Shown piece after piece: positions 54,637-64,000 of a DNA stretch of 64,000 bases. Location of the stretch: positions 4,340,001 through 4,404,000 of the forward strand of contig OX597824.1 in assembly GCA_951406725.2 (NCBI GenBank), in the 5' to 3' direction. The first letter of the stretch is position 1. Each line of letters starts with the position of its first letter. Origin of the DNA: Octopus vulgaris (Eukaryota). The notes under the pieces were generated by a model that searched no databases, was not told where the DNA came from, and was given only the letters and a program-made list of their open reading frames with translations. Both the position numbers and the translations under genes were made by a program.

Positions 54637-56054
54637 AAGTTAATATGTGAATGTTAGGATACATAAACAAAGAGCTGAGTAGGAGAGTATGTAGGTAAAT
54701 AATGTGAGGCAAGATAAAAAGGCAAAATACAAATAAAAAAGGAATTAATGGAAAAGAAAAGAACAATATTTACAATGCGCCCTCAATGTGTGTGTCTATG
54801 TATGTGTCTGTGCATGTGTATACATACATACATATATATATCTATATATATATATATACATATATATTTATTCATCTATTTATATATATATATATGTATA
54901 TGTACACGTATATATGTATATATGTATGTATATGTACATGTATATATGTATATATGTATGTATATGTACATGTATATATTGCCCATTATTTATTCATTCC
55001 ATTTTATACTACTTTTTCTATTGTTGTTAATGGCTTGAAATAAAGAAGTGTTTCAGATATATTTTAGTTAGTTATTTCATAAAATTTCTCTTTGATTTGT
55101 TTCTAATGCAAAATGTTCTATTCTGGTTTTACTTAATTAAGACAGATCTATTACGGAATAGGAATCTTCAAACAAAGAATTAATTTGATAGAGGAACATT
55201 ATTGGGAAGGAACCGAAAAACAAACAAAACAGACAAAACGAAACAAAACATTGAAATTTGTATGGGAATTGAATTAAAACAGAGATGAAACGAGAAAAAA
55301 TGTGTTTCGCTATGATCACTTAACTGAGGAGTTTCCTAACTCAGGGGTTTCAAGAGAAAGGCACACCACACAACAAACCAACTTCCATACATAATTTCTG
55401 TGCATCTGTATATGTGTTTTCTTTAAGATGTATTTAAGTTCTTTACAGAATTAAAGACAATCACTAACAAAGTGACACGTTTTTTTTTTGCTGTTGTTGT
55501 TTTTCAGTCCAGACATTTCCAAAGTTTCATGAATAAGTCAGTCTATATATAGATGCAGGCTCACATATAAACATATTTATGTAAAAGGTGTACATCTCTC
55601 TTTAATAGACTAGTGTGTATGTGTGATCACCCTTTATGTGTGTAAAAGCTACAGGCACTTTACATTCATTCAGAGAAACTCAAAAGGTGTGTCTGTGGAA
55701 TGTTTCACTATGCTACTAATCAAATGGACTTGGGAGACGTTAATTTATTGTGAACATTCTTGGAAAACCCAAGAGTTTCTAGACTTCTTGTTTTAGCAAA
55801 TGTGTTACATGAAGCCAGTGTACCTATGATGGTAGGTACAAATGGTAATCCGTAGCCTGGCTACAATAACAGCAAGTTCCTTGTAACTCTTTCCCCAATT
55901 TCAGATGAGACATTCACATCTGCCAGGCAGTTGACTTCTGCAGTAGAGCATGACTTTTGTTTCCTGTCCAACAGAATAATATCATGTTTGTTGTGTTTAT
56001 ACTGTCTTTTTTTAATATTCTACCAGTTTTCCTTACTTTTAAATGGGCAGATGC

Positions 56055-56113
<59 letters not shown>

Positions 56114-56959
56114 AAGAGAAATATATAATAAAAGAGGGGTGTAATTGCTGGATACTTGGGTAGGTACTGCAAGTGAGCCACCACAGTTTCACATAATTGA
56201 TTTATAAATTGACCAATCAGTGTGAAGCTGAGTTGAGATATGGCCTCTCAGCTGTTCTAGAATTTATCCTCTTTTCACTCCATAAAATCTGTTTGGTGCT
56301 TAACTCAAAAGGCGGTCAAACAGATTAGCAGACAGCTTTGCACTTTCACACAGACAACTTCAGGTGCTCAGACAGACCAATTATCAACATCAACACAATG
56401 CTCTATAGGAGGTTGCTATCTATGGCCCATCAGTTTTCACTCCTCCCAGTTGGCAATGTATTATTAACATGTTTCAAAGCCAACACAAAATACCATTTTC
56501 CAACAATAAGTATTAAAGTTAAAGGTTTGTTTCAGCTATTATTCATGCAGCCAACATATCCCACATTGCAACAGTACAACACCAACAAGTACACCACGGC
56601 AGTAGCAATAAAGCCATCCATTGTAACAATGGATGGCTTTATGTGTTCAGAATATATCATCATTGACCACCTCATCAACACAAGCAATCTCATCACAATA
56701 TCACAATTTATACTGTTGAGTGGAAATGTAATCTACTAATTTCTCTCTTTACAGTTCAATAGGAGTTGTCTAAGTGATACAATGTGGCACTCAAAGGGCA
56801 ATCTGGACTGGTCTTATGCCTCATGTCTGTCTGTACGTATGTATGCATGTATGTATGTGTGTGTGTGTGGGGGGGTATATATATACACTTGCTTGTGTGT
56901 GTATGTATGTTTTCTTTCCTTCTTTTTAATTTAGAATTAATTTCGACTGGCCACTTGTT

Positions 56960-57900
56960 TGGTAGCAAAGTTGTGAAGGAAAGTGTTTGTTTTGTTCATC
57001 AACCTTTAAATATTAAGAAGGTCTTGCAGATTTTATTGTCCAAGTTATTGTGATTCTACGCAGTGTATGAATTAAGGAGTTGCATTCTTTCTCCAAGACA
57101 CATTCAGCTATACTTTACTCCAAGTGGGCTTGATACATATCCTTTTGTTCCAGTAATAATAGCAAAACTGGGTACTAGATTTGGAAACACTTTACCAATG
57201 GGCCATAGACGTTGTCTTCTCTTTATATTTCTTTTCTTTATTTTTCTGTCCAAAGGTCAACTGATATCCACAACAAAGCAAGTTTTTTTCTTGTGGTCAC
57301 ATGCAACAATATCTAGTTGGTTGCGCTTTAACCTGGTGGCTGTTTTCATTTCCAAGTGCCACCAGTATACATTATTTACATTATTTACATTTGACGGATA
57401 TTTGTCCACATCTTGTTTGTTGTTAACAACAAACAAGATGAGGACAAATATCCATCAAATGTAAATAAAGTAAATAATGTATATAATTCCTCATCTCTTA
57501 AATATCGAACTGCCACCAATATAGTTTTTAAGCTATCAGTTTTCAACACAGTCAACTTTGTCTGTTGGTAATTTCCTTTTTTACTTGCTGTGGTTCAGCC
57601 TGATTCGGTGACAGCATCATGCTTCATGGGAAGATGGCATCTTAAAGACATTCCCTTGTAGTTGGCAATTATGTGGTTGAAGTCTTCAGTTTAAGCTTTG
57701 CACAGCCTGCATTTATTGCCAGCCGATGTTTTCTGCCTTTTAGGTTGCAGGTACTTAATGCAGATCCCTTGTTCTTGAATTGCATGGAAATAACCTTCAA
57801 AGTGAGATGTCATAAACCTGTCAGTACTCCATGTCAAGCTTTTGATCTAGTTTATTGCCTCTGTGGCTTACATCTGTCACAGCAACAACCCACACACTAC
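56960..57900 (-). mobile_element. Highly degenerate RTE/APE-type LINE relic, interrupted by the 57370 insertion
   Basis: Weak endonuclease/RT-like remnants with many stops. Confidence 0.35.
57370..57510 (+). mobile_element. Fold-back insertion of the same Penelope-type terminus as 22052-22356
   Basis: 118-bp spacerless palindrome 57366-57483 (3 mismatches), the same 30-nt tail, and TSD TGCCACCA(G/A)TATA at 57357-57369 and 57511-57523. Confidence 0.85.
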
Positions 57901-58439
57901 CATCTCAGCGAACTGTTCCTTCATTATTTTGTCCTGATAAATGGAATTTACAAAATCTAAGATGTATCTTGGGAAAATTTCATTAAAAAAGTATTTGTTT
58001 TTTAGAAAGTTATAAAACAAAGAGGGCAGGAAACACCAATCTGTAATTATGCTGCTTATATTTGATTAAAATGTTGTAAATTAATTAAAACCACTTTTCT
58101 TATTGAGATTTCTATTTCTTCAATAATAGCCAACAGATATGGAAGGATACAGGAATCAACATAATTTGGCTGATGCTGAATTGAACTCACAAAGATTTGG
58201 AGAAATGTTTTTACTGATATGTTTGTAGAAAATAATGTTATTTGGACAACCTTATTATTTCCAGAAGCATAAACAGAGGCATTTAAAAAAAGATATTACT
58301 ATCTCACAGTGTAAGATGACTATGCCACAGTGAATAAAAATATATTACAATTGGAATTCAGAAGAGTTTTCTAGACACTGTAGACTTTAGTAATCGCTTT
58401 CTTTCTGTAAAAGTTTCTACTCTCAGCTTTCTTCATGAT

Positions 58440-58481
<42 letters not shown>

Positions 58482-58714
58482 CATACATACATACATACAT
58501 ACATAATATATATATGTATATATATAATTATACAAATATGAGTGCATATATTTGTGTGTGTGTTTATATATATACATATATATGTGTGTGCACACACACA
58601 TATACATACTTACATACACACACATGTATGTATGTATGTATATGATCAATACGAAGATTTTATAAGCAGTAAACCATGTTTCTAAGGTTATGTACAATGT
58701 CTTGAACACTGTAG

Positions 58715-59080
58715 ATTGAAGATGCATTATCTAGGTCAAACAGTGTGACTGGGAGGTTAACTTCAAAGTAGAGTAAGACATTAAAGATGCAACTAATGAG
58801 ATTAAATGGATAGCTTGCATGAAAGGCTGAGCATAAATGAGCTGAGAGAGTAACTGCACATTAAAAGTGTTTGAGCTAATGCATACAAAAGATGTGAGTG
58901 CATTGGTATTGACATGTGAGGTGAAAGAATGATAGGTGCTGGGTGAAAAAGTGCCGTGAGCTATTGATGGAGGGCAGCTATAGAAATGAAGAAAGGAGGA
59001 AATGTGGTAAGATTAGGTCTCAGGACAGTGAGTCTCACGGAACAGATGACGACAGACTAACACAATTGACCGTATGCTGT
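58715..59080 (+). mobile_element. Degenerate RTE LINE fragment
   Basis: Remnants YLG, 'HWY.HV' and 'RCWVKKC', similar to the 4362-4880 family. Confidence 0.55.
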
Positions 59081-59877
59081 ATGACAAACCGATACAAACC
59101 AAGGCATTAGGAAAGGTAATGCTGAAATATTGATAATCAAGTCAATGATAATAATGGTAATTACATGACATTTTTTATGATTAATCCAGAATTGAAAGAA
59201 ATATACAGGATTTTGATTTTTTAACTCCCATGAAAATTAGTACAAGCAAATGGGACCAAAACACCTATATTCCAAACCATTTCCTAAATCACAGAGCCAT
59301 AAGTCTAACTTACATTGATCACAGAAGCACTTTACAGGGCTTATGTTAATAATACAAGATATCAACATTTGCACCATTATGCAAATTACCAGTTGAGTGT
59401 GAGTTTAGCCACTTGCTCGATCAACACTTGAGTTTAATATACTAACATGGGTTGGATGGGGACATATTTGAGGCAGAGTTTTGTGGATGGATCTTCTTCA
59501 GTTGTTTTTCAAGGGGTCTCTTTTATTCTGCAGGCCTTCAAAAGCACAGAACAATCAGTAATAATGTCAACAGGCAATGTAAATATCATTCATTGTTTCA
59601 CTCGAGTGCAGCTGTGAGATGTCACCATTCACACACATTCATGTTTGCATGTGCACACACACACACACACATTCTACAATGGGCCCTCCCCCACCAGGTC
59701 AGCCGCTGCTTCAGAATATATTTGGTAAATGGAAACTGTACGAACCCCATCATAGATGTATATGTGAACACACACACACATACACACATTTAGTTCATCC
59801 CTGGTTTAATTCAAGTATATGATGGCAAAATATCGGTATCATCATCCCTGGATAGGACTGTAGGTGAGTTGTCTCAC

Positions 59878-59952
59878 CTGTCTAGGACTTGTAGGTGTTT
59901 TAACACCCAGTGCTATGAGGGAGTCGTCCCCAGAGCTCCGTAAAGCAATGAA
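59878..59952 (-). CDS. Internal exon FIALRSSGDDSLIALGVKTPTSPRQ
   Basis: Acceptor tttgcttgttcaccag, donor CAG/gtgaga; 75 nt; only the phase-0 frame is open. Confidence 0.7.
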
Positions 59953-60491
59953 CTGGTGAACAAGCAAAACATATACATTAAGTATGTGCCTTCAATAATG
60001 TTTATAACACTAGCACTGGTTTTAATTCATAATTGACTGAATGTCTGTCTGTCTGTGTGTCTTTATGTATGGTTGACCTGGAGCTATAATAGAAAATACG
60101 AGGGGAAGTCAAAAATTATCTGCTCTTTCACCACAACATATCTTTATTATTGCCACACTGCCTTCTGTGCATGCATGCATGCTTATAGTTGGTACTCTTG
60201 TGGTCATGCAACAAAGTTTGGGCCTGATCATGCCATTTTTCTTTCTGGCTTTACAGTGTAAGCCTGGCCACTCCATGCTGGAATTCATCAGAGTCCTTTA
60301 GTGCAATTGATTAATGGTTTCAACAGACTGGGTGGCCATGTGTGGGCGTGCATTATCACGCAACAACAAAACTTTCTTTGACAATAGGTTTTTGGCATTT
60401 GGTGTGAATTGCTGGCTTCAGTTTGTTGGTCAACAAAACACTGTATCTTGTACTGTTGATTGTACACCCCTTTTCTAGCACCTGACACACC

Positions 60492-60562
<71 letters not shown>

Positions 60563-60834
60563 GAGAGAGACACACACACACACACACAAATGCATGCATA
60601 CATATTATTCATTGGCCACAAACTTACCAAATAAACTTCTTAACCATACAATCATGTCTGTGTCCTTAATCTTTTGCTTATTTAGTCTTTGGTCCCACAA
60701 TAATTGATTTGCAGGGGTGATGATGTCTTTGGTAGACAGGGGGAGGGGGTACTATATCAAGCTGCATCTGTAAGGTTGCATTGCTATTAACATTTAGTTG
60801 GTTATATTACATTATACATGTTTGTCATTAGCAG

Positions 60835-60873
<39 letters not shown>

Positions 60874-62197
60874 CAACGACAGTGACGAAATTAATAATGA
60901 CAAATAATGCATAAATAAATTATGTACATACACACAGACAGACACACACACACATTCATAAATATATATGCACGTACATATATGTTTACAGTACTTGTAC
61001 AGATACTAAAATGCATGCTGAATTAATAAGAATCTGGACACACACGGGAATGCGTGTGCACACACACACACACACACACACAGCTACATACAAGCATATA
61101 TTGACAATGTCAGCTGGAACAGTCACTCATATAAAGTATGTCAGACAGTTTGTGGATAATTGATGATCTAGTTTTTGTAGCTTAAAAGTGCCAGCAGTAG
61201 AATACAATATATGAAAAAACAAAGCAATATGTTACCTCGCAAAACCTCAGTGTTTAGATCGATCAATAAAATAGTTCCACAAATCCTTATGGTAGGACAT
61301 AAAAGCAGTTCCTAGCTTTGGACATTGGTGTTAAGTGCATGAGAGAAATAGCAGCATCGTTTAGATGGAATGCCAGTTCATTGCAAATAAGCTTTTGAAG
61401 TGGTTGCTATTTATTCTCTACAGCAGATTATAGAAATTAGTCAAAGGTAAAACAAAAAGTGAAAAGAAAAAATTTAAAAAAAAAGGGGCTGTGGCCAAGA
61501 TCTTTGCCAGATCCTTATAGACAGGTGAGATTGATGCAACTAATGCACAGCTTATATTTTATCTGCTGATGTTTTATCTGCAAGAAAAAGATCAAACTTA
61601 AAGCCTGGTTTATATGACTGAAACCTAGTGAGATCCACTGCAGGTACTTAAGGATCACATGGTGCTGTTAAACCAGGTGGCATGTGAAATCAATCATTTA
61701 ACTCTCATTAATTATTAGATCAATAAAAGTAACTTAATGACTCAGAAATAAATATTTGACAAGAACACTTAATGAATTTTCAACTGTTTTTTTTTTTTAT
61801 ACCTGTGATGATAATTTTTCCAAATATTAACAACTGGGGGGATGTGTAGGGGCTTAACAGACATCAATGGTTTTGGTTTAGAAATAAAAGTTCCTAGTTA
61901 ACAAATGGAGACATCTAGCAACAAAATACCTCATGGTGACTGGAGATCAAACCAATTGAAACATTTTGTAGATATAATAATGGTAAATTCACATTCTAAA
62001 GCTGAAGGTCAAAAATAAGCCAGGATATCATGCTCACATATTTGGAGTGGTGGAGCCACCAAACATCCTCATGTACACACACACACACACATACACATGC
62101 ACACATCCTGGGTTGTATATAACTAAATGGTCCTCTATCTGATACGGATACTCTGAATCTCCACCATGCTTCAAACACTGGTCCATTAACATCATAC

Positions 62198-62323
62198 TGG
62201 CTCCTTGACTGCGGCTAAAATATTCTTTGCTTCTTTGACTTTTCCATTCTTCCTAACTGCCTCTTCTACCCAGTTAGTTCTTCTAAGCAATATGGCTGAG
62301 AGGAAATGCCTCAGGGCAGCAGT
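62198..62323 (-). CDS. Internal exon TAALRHFLSAILLRRTNWVEEAVRKNGKVKEAKNILAAVKEP
   Basis: Acceptor tttattatacag, donor CCA/gtatga; 126 nt, phase 0/0, in frame with the next exon. The gene's 5' part presumably lies beyond the window. Confidence 0.7.
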
Positions 62324-62592
62324 CTGTATAATAAATACAAATATGGTCCTGTTCTCTTTCTCTCCCTCTCTCTCTCTCTCTCTCACACACTCACACACTG
62401 AGTTGAAAAGTTTTCATTGAGATTATCCAAGTAATTAGTAAACAAAAACTCCTAGGTTTAAATCTAAAAACAGTAAGCAAAAAAGATGACTCCTATGAGA
62501 TAATTTGATGAAATGCTTTGGACATTCAATTCACAACATAACATATGTGAATCCATACCATATTTGTATTGAGTACACAGAACACACACCTG

Positions 62593-63481
62593 TGCGGTTT
62601 GATCAATAAGAATCTGGACTATTGCCATAATAACAAAGTTGAAACATGCAGAATGAAACCACTTCGCACAGATTGACCTTGAATTCTGCTCTGCATGCAC
62701 ACTAAGTTTTAAAATTCTAGCTTACTTCTGTTGTTTACAACAGTGCTTGGAAGGAAGGTGTGCCACGCATGATTATCGCATTGACCATGACAGAGAAAGT
62801 TGAGCAGAGAATCTGCTACAAATTTTGCCAAAAGATTGGCAATACCTGCTAAGAGGCCTACGCAAAGTCTTTAAAAATTTTTCATCATTCTTGACACAAT
62901 CAGGGAGATCTTGTGCAACTGAAACCCAAGTGTCTTCTTGGTCAGCTGAAAGCAGTTTTGGCACAAACACGGCAGACACGAGTCTCATACCCAAATCTTC
63001 AGGGATAATGGACTGAACTGAACCATAACTAATCTGCACATTTTCTGATAACTCATGGATGGGGATTTGATGATTTCCCTCACAGGTGCATGCACATCCG
63101 CGATGTTTTTCTCAGTTCTGCTGCAGGTCTCCCAGAACGTTCATCATTATTGACATTTTTCAGACATATTGGAAACATTTGAACCACTCAAACACTTGTG
63201 TGTGGCTCATACACTCCTTTCCATATACTTTCCACCACTTTGTATAGGCCTTTGAGTAGGTATTGCCATATCAACTTTCTCAGTCATGGTCAATGCAATG
63301 ATCACACGCTACACACGTTCCTTCCAAGCACTGCTGTAAACAGTAGAAGCGAGCTAGAACATTAATATTTAGTGTACATGCACAGCAGAGTTCAAGGTCA
63401 ATCTGTGCCAAACGGCTTTCCTCTGTGTGCTTTAGCTTCGTTACTATGGCAACAGTCCAGATACTTACTGATCAGACCTTG
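62593..63481. mobile_element. mariner derivative with ~250-275-bp inverted arms (5' end duplicated)
   Basis: 62593-62868 is an inverted copy of 63237-63481; 'MTEKVEQRIC.KFC' N-terminus, and 'VSAVFVPKLLS' (WVPHLL-type motif) in ORF 62773-63039. Confidence 0.85.
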
Positions 63482-64000
63482 TATGTGTATAAAACATTAA
63501 ACAACAACTTTATAACATGCAGGGGTTTTTTTTTTCTCACTTATTTACATCACTTTGCCTTTCATCCTTTTAGGGTTGATGAAATGAAGGGCCACTTGAT
63601 GAAATCAACTTGGCCCTCCCTTCAAAACCAGTGGCCTGGGGCTAAAATCAAAGAGAATTTGTATGTAATACCAGTACTCAGCTTTAACTTGTTTCATATA
63701 TCCCTTAGAAAGAGAGGGTGTGGAGAGGGAGAAAGAAGTTCAAAGGGAGAGAGAGGGAGGAGAAAGAAGGACAGCGGGACAGAGAGAGAGGGGGGGAGAA
63801 AAACAGAGAGAGGGGTAGAGAGAGATTGTAGACCAAATGGTCTTTCTCTGGTGTTGCATACTATAAAGATATCACTCCAGACTGTTTGATGAAGTTCGCT
63901 TGGTGGAGCCCATCCCTCTCCATCCGGTGGTTGATAGGAGAAGTTAAATTCAACACGGAAAGTCAATTTATACATTTATCAATATAACATAACTACTGCT

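Noticed and set aside
56338-57464. 133-aa plus-strand ORFs
   Set aside because: They are chance frames antisense to degenerate LINE remnants, with no domain signal.

Overview
This is a repeat-saturated, AT-rich eukaryotic window, mostly intronic or intergenic. The dense microsatellites and the SINE/RTE repeat families suggest an octopus or other cephalopod genome (inference, not verified). Almost all ORFs in the track are microsatellite or transposon artefacts. The only convincing host coding signal is a set of small minus-strand exons (62198-62323, 59878-59952, 53481-53525) that splice in frame into the C-terminus of an unidentified protein; 46479-46517 plus 34956-35022 form a second possible C-terminus. 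Mobile elements include RTE LINE fragments, a same-orientation stack of (TAA)n-associated R4/Dong-like RLE LINE fragments (17.3-22.0 kb), Penelope-like relics, Tc1/mariner elements, a piggyBac-type MITE and many tRNA-derived SINEs. Three observations stand out. (1) A small tRNA-headed element carries a Penelope-type minimal hammerhead ribozyme, an inverted body plus a 30-nt tail and a 13-bp TSD (22052-22356); a fold-back sibling (57366-57511) has its palindrome centre just downstream of the predicted ribozyme cleavage site. Together they suggest a Penelope-mobilised SINE family. (2) A core-intact type I hammerhead lies at 45464-45555. (3) A 4.4-kb array of about 66 near-identical 67-bp units arose from a subunit of an RTE LINE 3' UTR and is fused by microhomology to a second, oppositely oriented LINE fragment.
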